Source: a virus (lineage: Duplodnaviria > Caudoviricetes). From it: a stretch of DNA of 64,000 nucleotides. Below, piece after piece: positions 10,205 through 22,900 of this stretch. The translations under genes were made by a program, and so were the position numbers. Position 1 is the stretch's first letter, and every line of letters begins with the position of its first letter. The notes beneath the pieces were generated by a model. The model did no database searches. It saw only the letters and a program-made list of their open reading frames with translations, and was not told the origin of the DNA. The DNA lies in the IMG/VR virus record IMGVR_UViG_3300049825_000745, positions 539 through 64,538 of that record; one strand, 5' to 3'.

Positions 10205-10575
10205 TGGGGTCATCAAACGCAACTTTGTCATTCACAATTCAAGGGGCGAAGACTGGCGTCGACGCAACGACTCGTCAACCAATTTACGGCAAAACAGTCG
10301 TAGACTATCGGGTCTTTGTTCGCCAGGATCGCCGTCCTACCGCTCAGGTATTCCCCGGCGCTGACGAGACATTACAGGTACTCAAAGGCGCGTTTGTGAA
10401 GCCGTTACAGCCCGCAGAGAACGCCATTCGAGAATCTGTTTGTGTGATCAAAATGGACAATCGCCCTGCAATAACCTGTCAGTTCAAACCATTGGGAGAC
10501 CAGTGGGGAAGTACTCAAAAGGTATACGGGCGAAGGATTGAGGGTCATCGGTTTCACTTATTGCTAAAGCTATGA
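10204..10575 (+). CDS. Putative head closure protein
   Basis: Position and size in neck module; coupled start. Confidence 0.5.
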   Translation: MGSSNATLSFTIQGAKTGVDATTRQPIYGKTVVDYRVFVRQDRRPTAQVFPGADETLQVLKGAFVKPLQPAENAIRESVCVIKMDNRPAITCQFKPLGDQWGSTQKVYGRRIEGHRFHLLLKL

Positions 10576-10973
10576 GACGAATGTCTAACAGGGCAGAATG
10601 CGATCGGAAATTTCTTGCGGCGTTTAAGCACACCGCAGAATCTTACTCCGATCAAATGCAGAAAGTGTTCAGAGAAAAACGTCAATGGCCCGTAGGGTTT
10701 GGCACAACGTTTAGGGCAAACGGCGAGGTCGTCTCAGGTAGTTACCGGAATATTTACGACCTTGGCGCTCTGGCAAACTCTCAGTCTCTCAGAGTGCAAG
10801 GCGCAACGGCTTACTATCTCTGGGATGGGCAAGGCGTAACGCCTCCAGTGATTGTCCACGAGGGGGCAACACTCACCAATGGGCGGCGTATCCCTGCACG
10901 GCGTTGGACATGGGTCGCTGCTAGAGAATTAGATTTTGCTCAAGTCTTTCGCGCTGGGTGGTTAGCGGCATGA
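10572..10973 (+). CDS. Putative neck protein
   Basis: RNIYDLGALANS, VHEG, PARRWT motifs; ATGA overlaps. Confidence 0.55.
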   Translation: MRRMSNRAECDRKFLAAFKHTAESYSDQMQKVFREKRQWPVGFGTTFRANGEVVSGSYRNIYDLGALANSQSLRVQGATAYYLWDGQGVTPPVIVHEGATLTNGRRIPARRWTWVAARELDFAQVFRAGWLAA

Positions 10974-11452
10974 GCGATCCAAGGTTCACAGGGCGTTATT
11001 TAAGCGAGGTGATTGAAACGATTTTGACTGACCCAAACAACAAGATCGGCGGAAACCTATTGGGCACCTATGACGATGGAATGGGCCATACTCGGACTGC
11101 GATATCAATTGGTAATCCTGGCACAATCAAGACGGTGACAGGGCTTGAGGTTATTACGCCATTGCTGCCAAATACGGAATCAGCGGGGGTGGATAGCTTC
11201 TCTCTTAATACCTCCCGCTGGGATATTTTGCTTATCCAGCGAGATCCCCCACCGCTGCGATCGCCCACGTTGCCCGATGCCGTGGAGCGGTTAACAGGGT
11301 TGTTTATTCAACTGTTTAACGGGGTTGCTAATGCAATTTTTGTGGACGCAGATACATTGTTGGGGTCTTACCCACAATGCACGTTCACATTTTCCAGCGT
11401 CGAATATATCGACTTTCTAAAGTTTCAGACCATTTACGCGCAAGGATTATAA
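10970..11452 (+). CDS. Putative tail terminator protein
   Basis: ATGA overlap; immediately upstream of the tail tube gene. Confidence 0.5.
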   Translation: MSDPRFTGRYLSEVIETILTDPNNKIGGNLLGTYDDGMGHTRTAISIGNPGTIKTVTGLEVITPLLPNTESAGVDSFSLNTSRWDILLIQRDPPPLRSPTLPDAVERLTGLFIQLFNGVANAIFVDADTLLGSYPQCTFTFSSVEYIDFLKFQTIYAQGL

Positions 11453-11455
11453 CTC

Positions 11456-12274
11456 ATGGCTGTCCCAGCAATTTCTAATTTGTACACCGCCAGCGCTGTT
11501 GATATCACTCAGTACGCCTGTCGGACAATCCCCAACCAAGGTAGTAAAATCGGCGTAATCCCCCTGGATAAGTGCGACAAACAAGCGCCTGCATTAAGCA
11601 TTTCAACCACCGCAGTTGCGCTCAACGGGACAACGATGACCCTCACCCTAGCGTCCATTGGTGGCGTTACGGCAACGGCAACGGATAAGCGAACCATCAC
11701 TAAAGGCACTAACCTGTATTTCGGGGCCGCTGGCGCACCGACGACCAAGGTTAAGGTCAACCAGGACGTAACCCTAGTGGGGGCGTCTGGTGTAGCGGTC
11801 ACGATTGATCCGGCCCCTGCCGCGATCGCAGTGACAGATATCGCCCTCACCTACGGGCTATTGCGTCTCTACTCCTGGGAAGACCTGAGTTTCAACGTCA
11901 CGGATACAACCGTTGACACGACTGACGGTGAAAGCCAATTTGAGTCGATGTCTGCTGTGTCTCGCTCCCTAGTGATTCCGCTGGCTTACCGCGTAACGGA
12001 CGACAACATTGCCCATCAGCGGGGTATGCACGCAGCGGGACGGAGGGGCCAAAATCTGTTTGTGGCGATCGCCCGAAACGGGTTTCCCCCTATTGGTGGT
12101 GAGTTTGCATTCTTCTCTCCTCAGGCGTCTGGAGCGATTAAGACTAATGCAAAAATTTCAGGTACCCTTCAGAGCCAAGGGGAATTCTACTACCCTCCCT
12201 ACCGATCTGAAATGGTGGCTGCATCTGCTGAGATCCAAGCATATGACAAGTTCCTTCAATACTGCGGGTTTTAA
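11456..12274 (+). CDS. Major tail (tube) protein
   Basis: 272 aa, beta-rich, precedes chaperones and tape measure. Confidence 0.65.
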   Translation: MAVPAISNLYTASAVDITQYACRTIPNQGSKIGVIPLDKCDKQAPALSISTTAVALNGTTMTLTLASIGGVTATATDKRTITKGTNLYFGAAGAPTTKVKVNQDVTLVGASGVAVTIDPAPAAIAVTDIALTYGLLRLYSWEDLSFNVTDTTVDTTDGESQFESMSAVSRSLVIPLAYRVTDDNIAHQRGMHAAGRRGQNLFVAIARNGFPPIGGEFAFFSPQASGAIKTNAKISGTLQSQGEFYYPPYRSEMVAASAEIQAYDKFLQYCGF

Positions 12275-12496
12275 TTGGTTGTCAACGAACATCAGCGTAT
12301 AATCCTATTTAATGCAGCCCTAGCCCTTGACGGAATCAGGGCCGGGGCGGCATTCTTAGGAGAGGATCTTCCTTCTAAGGTCAAGATTGCTCTACCTAAT
12401 GGCGATCGCTGGGTGGAAATTCCAGAGGATTTTAGGGGGCAAGAATACCCGATTCCGTTAGAGTACACCGTCAACCTATTTTTGAAATTTGTATGA
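12275..12496 (+). CDS. Hypothetical protein
   Basis: Fills the gap; ATGA overlap with next gene. Confidence 0.45.
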   Translation: MVVNEHQRIILFNAALALDGIRAGAAFLGEDLPSKVKIALPNGDRWVEIPEDFRGQEYPIPLEYTVNLFLKFV

Positions 12497-13230
12497 AATC
12501 AATCGCTCAATTTGTTACTCAACTTGCTCTAGAAAGTAACTTGCCTTTCGAGGTTGATATTTCCCCTGACCCTGACTGTGTGCCGATTCGGACAGAACAG
12601 GTAAGTAAGTATGCATTCCCAATGTACGGAGAATATACCGCTGGCGAACAATTTTTTGTAGAGGGAATTAACGGTAAGAACAGCATTCGTAATCTTGAAT
12701 TACAGGTTGTGATGCGGTCGATCTCTAAGCAAATGCGTGAGTTTTTTGGCATTAAGCAAGGGGACACTCAACAACTTCAATCCGTTTACCTCCAAGTAAT
12801 TGGAGCGGATGCGGACGCAGAACCCGCGCCTAAAGAAAACGCCAAATCAACGGCATTGGCGGCGGTAATCCCTAAAAAGAAAATTGAGCAATTTCAAGAG
12901 GATAACGAAGATTTGCTCTCTAAATTACTTGCCTTATCCATGCAAACTTCAGGGAATACGGTTGCGACTATTTTCTTGGTGACGTATTTTATGCGATCGC
13001 GAGTAAGTGGCGAATGGGATTTCTCCAATACTCAACGACTCAAAAGATCCGAGCTTAATCGCCTTGCTGAATTGATCCAGGAAGACGGAATGGGAGTACA
13101 GCCGGAAGCCGCTACAGATAGCCCTTCTGAGCTAATCACAGCAGGCAAGGAGGGGAAGCAGCCCCTCCCCAAGCCGGAAGACGCGGTACCGACTGGACTG
13201 GAGTCTACACCGATCTTTGCGGCGGCTTAG
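12493..13230 (+). CDS. Tail assembly chaperone (gpG-like)
   Basis: Between tail tube and tape measure; overlaps a long open -1 frame. Confidence 0.65.
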   Translation: MKSIAQFVTQLALESNLPFEVDISPDPDCVPIRTEQVSKYAFPMYGEYTAGEQFFVEGINGKNSIRNLELQVVMRSISKQMREFFGIKQGDTQQLQSVYLQVIGADADAEPAPKENAKSTALAAVIPKKKIEQFQEDNEDLLSKLLALSMQTSGNTVATIFLVTYFMRSRVSGEWDFSNTQRLKRSELNRLAELIQEDGMGVQPEAATDSPSELITAGKEGKQPLPKPEDAVPTGLESTPIFAAA

Positions 13231-13577
13231 CCCATGACACACGTTTTCACTACCGCAATTTTGGCAAGCAGAGAATGTCAGTCATTCGCCAAGCGCGGCG
13301 GATGGTTCGACAAAATCGCAATCATACAGCAATGGCAACGGCTCAAATGCACCGGACGTATGTTTCTGCGCATCTTGAGAAAGGGGCCAAACCGCCAGAC
13401 CTTGCTGAATTTTTGCCCTGTCCCGCTGAGTGGCAGCTATTCAAGGCAGAGCGCACCTTGCAGATATCGCGGTTGACTGCATTGGACATTCTTAGTAATT
13501 ACGAATACCTCGACTTTGACGTGAAACAGTTCCTTGAGCCTTACCTATCTGAGATTGAGGCAACATTGCAGGCGTAA
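13131..13577 (+). CDS. Tail assembly chaperone extension (gpT-like), probably reached by -1 frameshift
   Basis: -1 frame open from 13131: ...TDWTGVYTDLCGGLAHDTRFHYRNFGKQRMSVIRQ...; candidate slip site GGGGAAG at 13152-13158. Confidence 0.6.
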   Translation, partial: ANHSRQGGEAAPPQAGRRGTDWTGVYTDLCGGLAHDTRFHYRNFGKQRMSVIRQARRMVRQNRNHTAMATAQMHRTYVSAHLEKGAKPPDLAEFLPCPAEWQLFKAERTLQISRLTALDILSNYEYLDFDVKQFLEPYLSEIEATLQA

Positions 13578-13615
13578 AGCAAAGCCCCTAGCCGGAATGG
13601 GCTAGGGGCTTTGCT
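13578..13615. terminator. Perfect 16-bp stem hairpin, probable terminator
   Basis: AGCAAAGCCCCTAGCC-ggaatg-GGCTAGGGGCTTTGCT directly after the stop codon. Confidence 0.75.
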
Positions 13616-13675
13616 ATTATGTAGAGAGCCTAGGCAGTAACCTAGGGCTAACCAACTATCGAGGAAACTTCGACA

Positions 13676-13894
13676 ATGGCTTCATCTAACAGTTTATCTA
13701 TTTTTGCTTCAGTATCCAAAGAATTCCGCTGTGACGAGAGCGGGAATGGGTTTATTTCACTCCGTGGCTTGGCTAGACTGTGCGGCGTTCGGCATAATTC
13801 TTGGGGGCAGAGTGGTAGTATTTTTACCGCCAAAATTGACGAAACCGTTGTAGCGACGAAATGCCATTGTTCAAAACTCAAACTGTTTTTATAG
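13676..13894 (+). pseudogene. Truncated antirepressor-like DNA-binding fragment
   Basis: SGNGFISLRGLARLCGV resembles N-termini of cyanobacterial phage antirepressor-like proteins; ends after 72 aa. Confidence 0.4.
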
Positions 13895-13912
13895 TTCAGG
13901 CTTCTTAACCCC

Positions 13913-16900
13913 ATGCCCGTAACCCTAGACACTCTCCTGCTCGAATTTGCCGCTGATTTTAGTCAATATGACGCGGCGGTCAATGATGCCGAACGTCGCC
14001 ACATGGCGGCGGCAAAACGCTTAGAGAGTGCCTATAGTGCGGTCAAGCCGCCCAATTTTAGCGATCTAAAGGTCAATGTTGATCTGTCTCAGTTGCATGA
14101 GCTGAATCGCCTTTACAACGTGGTTAAACCCAACGACCATAAGGCATTTCAACGGTTTTTAGACGCTAATCCGCTAAAGGTCAAAACCGATACGTCACAG
14201 CTTGTCAATGCGATCGCCCTCATTAAAGACTTGCGGGGCGAATTGACAAGCCTTAAGAGTGAGGCAAGCATTCAGGCAAAGTTGACCGTCACTCATCAGA
14301 TTGATGGGCGGCAAGTTGGCGATCAAATTCGATCCGCTTCTAAGGATGGTGCGGAGGAATACGAGAAGGCTATTGGAAAAGCCTTTAGGGATAACAGGCC
14401 AAGCGGCGGGGGTGTCCTGGGTAGCCTGTTTTCAATCCCTAACGCAGTGATTCAAGGCATTGGGATTCAGGTAGGCGATCGCATCTCTAGAGGATTCGGC
14501 AAAGCGACCGATTCAAGCCTAGAAGCTTTTGGGCGTGGTCTGGATAAGCAGATTAACCGGGCTGTCCAAACCATGACCATTGGGCTAGCGAAGGCGGGCG
14601 GGTATGGATCGGCAAAGGATTTTAGGAAAGATGCCGATCAAACCATTGACAACCTGACAAACTTTAGTCCTCAACGGGTTAACCGAGCAATCCGAAAGCT
14701 TGAAGATAATTTAGTCGATGTGCTTGAATCTGCGGTGGTCGATGGCGATCAGGCCGCTGTTTCCGCAAAGCTCAAAAAGCTCCAGACGGAAATGCTAGAG
14801 CGGCCTATTGAGGCTGCAATGAATACCGCTGGCGCTGCCTTAAGGATTGGGGCGCAGCCGTTTAGGATTCGTAAGCGAGTTGAACTATCCCGAACGGTCA
14901 AGGAAGCCGAGGGCATGGTTGATGAAATTCTTCAGGATATGTCTGAGGAGTTAAAAGACCAAATCAGAAAAGCTAAAGGCGTCACGATAGCGACCGGAGG
15001 AATTGACTATCAGAAAGGTGGTGAGAATACCTATTTCAGTGCAAATCTAGTACGGAAGCTGACACCTGGAAACGTAACCATTCCATCTCCTAATACCTAT
15101 AGCAACGATCCTTCTACGTTAGGAACATTATATAAAGCGCGTCAGGCAGTATTCCCAGGTGCTCCAATGCCTGTTGATAGGCTATTGCGGACGGCTGTAG
15201 AAACAGGTAGAAACCCTGATGCGGCTAAGATGTTAGCTCAGGTGATGGCAGTTCGCAAGATTGCACCAGATACACCTATCACGCTAACCGGATCGTCCGG
15301 TGGCGCTGCATTGGTTGAAGAGGTTGTGGGGGCAGTAGAACGAGCAGCGATCGCAAAGGTCAAAGGTGTAGGTCTAACGTTGCCAGGGTTTGACCTGACC
15401 CGTACTGCATCAAAAAATAACTACAAAGCATTGGTAGGGTCTTACGATCCAATTGCAGTTTCAGCTTTTGGCAATTTATTTAATGATGGAAGTGAAAACT
15501 TTCTTGAAACTCAGAAAAAGAGCATTGTTCCATTCCCTTTGACGGGGCTTTTGACACCAGGAGTTGCAACCTCAGTCATTCCAAAAGCAGGGCTACTACA
15601 CAACCTAGCTAAATTTTTGGGGAGAGAAGCTGTTCAGACTCAATTTACTGAATTTACTGGGACAGGGCAGATTGATCCTGGCTATACAAAAGGAGAGAGG
15701 TCTTTTTCTTTTGCAAATAAGCTTTATGATGAGTCGCAAAGCATTCCTCGCACTATTGGCGTAATACTTGGCGACCTCAAAGCGCTGTCTGAAGTTGCTA
15801 AAGGTGAATATAGCTTTATAGATCCTGGCAATCCTAGTTACAGACGAGACAATGATTTTGCAGCAATGTCAGGCAACTTTGAAAAACTCAATGTATCAGG
15901 TGCCGATGTTCCTGAACATGAAAAATTCCTGGCTTGGCTCAAAACCTTTAAGCGTGAGCTGACAGCCTTTTACGAAATGGCGGGAACCCATGAAGGCATG
16001 ATGCCCAAGGGGTTGACCGATGCAGCAAAGCAGGGACAAGATTTTTTCAAGTTTAGATCAGGCGTATTTCAGCCTGAGTACAATGCACCATTAAACATTC
16101 CCAATGCTCCCGAAAAGGTCTATGAACTGGCTACCAACGGCGCGAACGCAGTCAGCAGCGCCCTAGAGAAACTTTCCCCCGTAGGCGATGCCGCTGCATC
16201 TGTATTAAGTAACGTGGCCCAAGGACTGGGAAACATTGCAGGCGATCGCCTACAGAAGAGAGTAGATAATCTGAGAGGCGAACAGACCGGGCAAAGAGGC
16301 ACGGCGGGCGAATTGGGCAAGATTGCCGCCCAAGATATTGCAACGGTCAAGCAAGTTGGGTTACAGGCTACCGAGCAAGTTGTAAAATTTGCAGACGGCA
16401 CGATCAAAGCGGGTAAGGCAGCGCGTGATTTTGTCCAGGGGATGATCTCTCAGGGTCGCACCATCCAAGATTTAGGGGATGCAGTTGTCGAAGTATCGGC
16501 TGAGCTGGTCAGTGAGTTCGAGGGCTTGGGCGGTATGGGGGCGGCTGATATCAAGCTGCTCACGGGGGCAATGGCGGCACTCAAGGGTGAGATTAATAGT
16601 TTGCCGCCATTACTACCATCAGCAGACATCAGTAAGTCAGAGAAAGAAATCCAAGCGCTGGTACAGACGGCGGATAGGCTCTATGAAGTATGGGATCGAT
16701 TATCTAAGGAATCAAGCACAGTATCACTAGCCCAAGGCGGCGTTTTTGATATTAATAGCCTTGAAAAAACGTTATCAATAATTGGTCAAATTGAGCATGA
16801 GTTAAATCAAGCTCGAAAACTTACTAACGTCAAATATACGCCGGAATATGAAGGTTTAATTTCTCAGGTTCGATCCGTACAGGCTCCTCTCGGTAGGCTA

Positions 16901-19900
16901 AAAGCTGGTGCCTACAGTGGCCTAAGAAAAAACCTGTCACAGGTCAAAGAAGCGGCAGACGCTGGCGATGATACGGCTCAAGGCTTTATTGATGGATTTG
17001 GGCTAAAGGCTGATGTGATTGCCTCAGTTGCCAATAAGGCAGGCAAAGATTTTATTGCTGAAATGAAATCTGTATTAGGAATTGCGTCGCCAGCAAAGGT
17101 CACGATTGAGATTGGGAAACAGACGGTTGACGGTTGGGAGATTGGTCTTGAAGATCTTGATGATGTTTGGATGAGATCGCTTCGGTCACTTAATAAAGCG
17201 ATGAAGACAGGCAAAATTGAAGACTTTAGTTTTACTGATGTTGACCGATTATCCAACTCAATTAAATCTCAAGTTCAGGCTGGCAATCAAAATATTAAGG
17301 TTGACCTTGGTCTTGAAGATCTTGATGATGTTTGGATAAGATCGCTTCGGTCACTTAATAAAGCGATTAAGACAGGCAAAATTGAAGACTTTAGTTTTAC
17401 TGATGTTGACCGATTATCCAACTCAATTAAATCTCAAGTTCAGGCTGGCAATCAAAATATTAAGGTTGACCAATTCGGCACAGTATTAGAAGACGAAAAG
17501 CCTAAAGTTCAGAGAACTTATCGTGAAATTGGGTTTGAGATTGGATCTAAGACAAAAGAAGGCATTGACCAAGCAGCCCCCGTCGTCAAAAAGGCGATCA
17601 CTTCTCTATCAGATGGCATCATCAATCAACTTCGCATCGTTGCTCCTGGTATCACCGGATTTATCGAAGGGATTGGCCTAGACCTTGACAAGTTGAAATC
17701 CCTCGGAGCGGCGGGGCTAACCTTGACGGCTGGAGCCGTTGGGGTGGGATTATTTGGCGGGAAAATCCTTGAGGTTGCCAACAATACCGCCGATGCGGCC
17801 ACAGAGCAAAATCGATATAAACGGATTCTAGACCAAACCGTTGCGGGGGGCGGAGCTAGTTACTACCAAAAACTGGTTAAGCAATCTAATGATTTAGGGA
17901 ACAACCTTCAAAATGCTGTTAAATCTGCGACGGCAATAGAAACAAGTATTCAGAACACCGCGCTGGCTGGGACTGGCGTTGAAATCCTAAGCGGGTTTCA
18001 ATCTCAATTTGCAGCTCAAGGCACACCTGATCAGGACCAAGCGCGCGCGCTTGTGGGGATAGGTCAGGCATTGCGAAAAAACAAGTTGCAGGCTGAAGAA
18101 TTATATCAAGTCATTGAGCCACTACCAGGCGCAATGGAAGCATTGCAGGCCGCAACAGGGAAAACAGGCGCTGAACTATTTAGAGCTACAGCGGCGGGGG
18201 AAGTCTTTACGGAAGACGTGATCCAGTCGTGGTCAGACCAACTCAAAATTGTCTCTGGACTATCAGGATCGTCGAATACCGCAGAAGCAAGTATGGGGCG
18301 GTTGAATAATCAAACTTATCTACTTGCTGCAAACGTGGGGCAGATGACCAACGTTGTCCGCAAGGTAGGTACTGATTTATTCGGTGGCGCTCTTTCTGTT
18401 GCCAACAACAATGCACTATTGCTTGACGCTATGATCGCCACGCTTACCGTATCCTTTGGAGTGGGATTTGTCGCCGCATTAATAAAGGCTGGAGCAACGC
18501 TATTTGCACTTACTGCGACCTCTGCCGTAACTCAGTCTGCTCTAGCGGGGGTGGCCACTGGACTAGGCACTATTGCTACTATTGCGGCCCCGGTGACCGC
18601 TGCCGCCCTTGCGATCGCCGGAGGTTTTGCGCTGTGGGAGCTGACAAAGCCTAGTGACGATGTGGAGAAGCTTGCTAACAATGTTAAAAGGCTTACTGAC
18701 AGACTGAAGGAACTTGAAGCACAGCGGCGCAAAGTAGATAATCCAACAATCGTAAAACCCACTGTTCAGAATCTTTCCCTGCCGCTATCCGGCACAGTGG
18801 ACCCAGCCGCAGGATACAGGGACGCATTCAACGACCTTGCGTCTGGCAAAGTAAAAGAAGATGCAAGCAAAGCCAAGCTTGACGAAACGTTGCAGCGGTT
18901 TTCTAATGGAATTAGCGAGTCATCTTCTTTTCTATCTGATCTAAAATCTAACGAGAAAGATTTATTAAACATTAAAAAACTTTCTTTAGAAATTATTGAG
19001 CTTCAGGGCAAATCAAACGTTTCCAAATACGAAGGAGACACCAATAAAACAACTAAGTACAATGACCAGATCACTGTCCTGACAAAACAACTTGGGACAA
19101 TTAAAAATTCAAGCCAGTTAACTGAGCAAAAAACGATCTTGCAAGGCTTGATCGCTGAATCTGATAAATATATCGCCACACAGCAATCAAGTTCCGACCC
19201 ATCATCAAAATTTAATATCGCAAAGGCAACAGAGTACAAAGATAAACTTAAGAGTATTTATGAAGAGTTAAATAAAATTGATGGGCTAAGTAATACCTCA
19301 CTGCAAAAAATCAATGTGGGTATTGAGAATAAAGTATTGCAGGCTGACCGACTGCTGAAGTTAAAGCAAGACACTGAGCTAAGAATTGAAGCGGAGAATA
19401 TCAAGCAGTTTGGCGGAAGTGGAACTCAGGACCAGGTTCAACTTGGGGTCTTGAAAGCAAAACAGCAGATCCGCAGACTAGATGACACCGCCCAACAGTT
19501 CCGTAGCTATTTAGAGGCTTACAATAAAGCTCTGAAAGCTATCACACCTAAGGATAAATCCGACCTTGCAAGTGCATTGGCAAGTAAAGGCGTCACACTA
19601 GAATCCGCAACAAAAAGCGACTTAGAGGCAGCCATCAAGGTTTTAGAAGCGGGCGATCGCAAGCCATCCGAATCACTCAAAACCTTTGTGAATAGTGCTG
19701 CTATAGCAAAGAAAACAGCAGAGGATAGCCTGTTACAGGGAGCGAAGGAACGCGCTCAAGCTGTACAGGATGAGGCTGCGTCACAGAAGGCATTGAATGA
19801 CGCTCAAGTTGATTACGCCCGTACAATCCGTGATAGCAACTATGAGTTGACAAAGGCAATATCTGACCACTCACGGGAACTTAAAAGGGCTTATGAAGAT

Positions 19901-22900
19901 ACGATCCTAGAAACTAAAAAACTACAGCTTGAAGCGCTGAACCTAAGCCGTAACAATAATATCCGCAGTCGGATCCAGTCAACGGCGGGGGACTTTACGG
20001 ATCAGTTGGTAGGGTCTATTCAGCAGTTCCTTGATCAAGTAAATGAAGCGATGTCCATCAAGCTTGAAGGCGCGGGAGCGCGTCAGGGGATTGACCGGAA
20101 GATTCAGGATTTGATCACAACCGAAGAAAAATGGGAACGAGACATTGCTAAGCAACAAGAAGGATTGAGTGATGCGGTGGCGACTCAGCAGGGAACTCCC
20201 AAAAACTTTGCAGATTTCAGTGCAAAGCTAGGGGCAATAACAATGCCGCACGATCATAACTATGGGGTAGGGCGTGCTGGGGGTAGTAGACAGCACGCGG
20301 GGCAGGATTACGATATATCAGGCAATCAAGAAGTCTATGCCGGAGTTTCTGGCGTTGTAACAAAGGTTGGCACTGACCCCGGAGGGTACGGTAACTATAT
20401 TGACATCTTCAATAATCAGCTAAAAGTAGTGGAGCGAATTGCAGAGGCGGCAACACTATTGGTAAAAGTTGGGGATAAAATTGTACCCGGTCAATTGGTC
20501 GGACGGGGGGAATCTGAAACGGGCGTTATCCATCGGGAAATCAGAACAGACTTCAACTCAGCGGGGCAGGGCGGATATGGCTTCAAGGGGACAGTAGACC
20601 CTAGAGAATTTTATAAAAAGCATCTTCCTGCTCTATTTGCGGAATCTCAAAACAAAGCTGATTTCCGTTTCGCCCCAGGGGCCTTGAATGAAGAGATCCT
20701 TGCCAAGATCAATAAGTTCATTGAGCAATACGCTCCAAGCTCAAGACTTCGAGGGGGCGATTTTGCGGCGGCATCTAGCGCGTCAGGCGTATCTATTGAT
20801 GCCCTTGTCACTCAAGCCCTGATTGAGAGCCATTTTGGCACTACGGGCCGAGCAGCCTATACCAAAAACCCGCTTAACTATGGGAATGACGATGAAGGCA
20901 ACGATAAATATTTTGATTCCTTCCGTGATGGGCTGATTCATGCCGCCAAGGCACTCAAAAAGGACTTCTTTGTTAGTACTCCTGAGTCGTTTATGGGACG
21001 TGGATTTAAGGGGCGTTACGGCATCTATGCGACCGATCCGCAATACCTATCCAAGTACAAGTCAGCGCTAGGGTTGGTTCGATCTGCAATTGGAACGCCT
21101 TCCTCTGGGGCTGGCGGCGGGGCCGGATACACTGACTCAGGAGTTGTTTATCAGCCAGACAATAGCACCGTCATTGGAGCTACCGCCAACCAGCTTGAAG
21201 CGCAGAAGACTGCACAGTCACAGCTTGCACGACTTAAAGCGCAAAAATCGACCTTAGACGCGGACGCAACCGGACGCGGCATTATCCGCACCCTCAAAGA
21301 CCAAATTACCGCTGAACTACAGGCCAGCAACACCGCTCAATCTTCCGCGCAACAGCGTAGAGATAGCATTCTCGTTCAAACGCCAGTAACACAAGTTTAT
21401 GGACAGCTCTCACAAAAAACCTTTGCTGATGACTCCGAACTGATTCAGAAACAGCGCGATCTTCAGAAGAAGCAAGAAGATCTTGCCGCAAATAACCGAC
21501 TTGTTACGTTGCTTCAGGGCAAGTTGAACGCGCCAAATGTTCCTGCTAACTTCAAAACTTCTTACACCGAGATTATTAAACTCACCGGAGAGCGTAACGC
21601 CAAGCTCAAAGAACTCATCCCCACGCTCCAGGAAGAAATTGAGACAATTAAAGATACCAGCCCACTAAGAACATTTACCCGTGAGCTTCGGATCGCTGCG
21701 GACTCTCAAATCTCCTCGGCTGAATCGGTAATGTCCCAACTGAGTCAATTTAACGATCAGTTGAGATTACCAGGGGCTATCGATTTGGCCCAAACGACAC
21801 GAGCGCTATCCTCTCAATATCGCAGCTTGAAAGAATCCACTCTGCAACAAAATGAGGCATACACCGCCAGTATTCAGAAAACACTAGAACTAGAGGCGGC
21901 ACAACGCAAGTTAGGCAATCTAGACGCTGCTGCCGCGCTAAAACAGCAGGCTGAGAGGTTGGCTGAATCAGCGCTAGAGTTTCAGTCGGCGGCTAATGCG
22001 CTCACACCTGCCGCCGAACAAGTGGCGATCGCCAATGCCAAGCTCGACGCACTCTATAAAATGCGGCTGGACGCTCGTAAATTTGTAGATGCGCTGGGCG
22101 CTCAAGACTCAACAAACCTAGGGCTACAGGCCCAAATTTATGAAGGGGCGGGCGATACCTATAGCGCCAATGCCATCAAGAGACAAGTTGAACTAATGAG
22201 CAAGCAAAAAGAGATCAGCGATCGGCTCCTAGAAAATGAGAACGAAATTGCCAAGCTCAGAAACAAGGACAGCCTGACAGGAGATATAAATTCTCCACTA
22301 GATGCCTTTGGAGCGCTTGGGGCAGGCTCTCAGATTGAGGCGCTAGAGGCCACCAATCAGAAGTTGCGTGAAATGATGAGCCTAACCGAGGAACTTGCAG
22401 CGCAATCGTTCCCAACTTTTGAGGAAACAATGGAGCGCACGTTTGCGGAGAGCGGGGGAGGTGCTGTCAAGGAATTTTTCAACAGCCTGAATTCTGGCAA
22501 GGGTATCCTCGAATCTTTGGGCGGTGCGTTTAGCAGCATGGCAAACACGATCATCCAAAAAGTGCTCGAAATGGTGTCACAGATTGTTCAGTCGAAGCTA
22601 CTGGATTTAATCAAAGGGCTGTTTGGCGGCGGGGGACTAGGCAACCTTGGCGGATTCAGCGGCGTGACAGGCGTTAGTTTTACCTCAATTCCTGGGTTTT
22701 ATTCCGGTGGCCCTGTAGTTGGCAATCTTGCGGGTGGTGGCCCTGTCGATTTGGGTCTTTCAGCGATCAAGGCACTCGACAAGGAGCGTCAGCGTAATGG
22801 TGGGCAACGGGTTGGGCTATTTGCTCTAACGCATGGGGAGGAAGTCCTAGACCCAAAGAATGCGGCGTTCTATCGAGCGATTGAGGCGAACGGTATCTGG

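Noticed and set aside
17142-17471. Diversity-generating retroelement TR/VR pair
   Set aside because: Adjacent in-frame tandem copies with only two differences, and no reverse transcriptase in the window.
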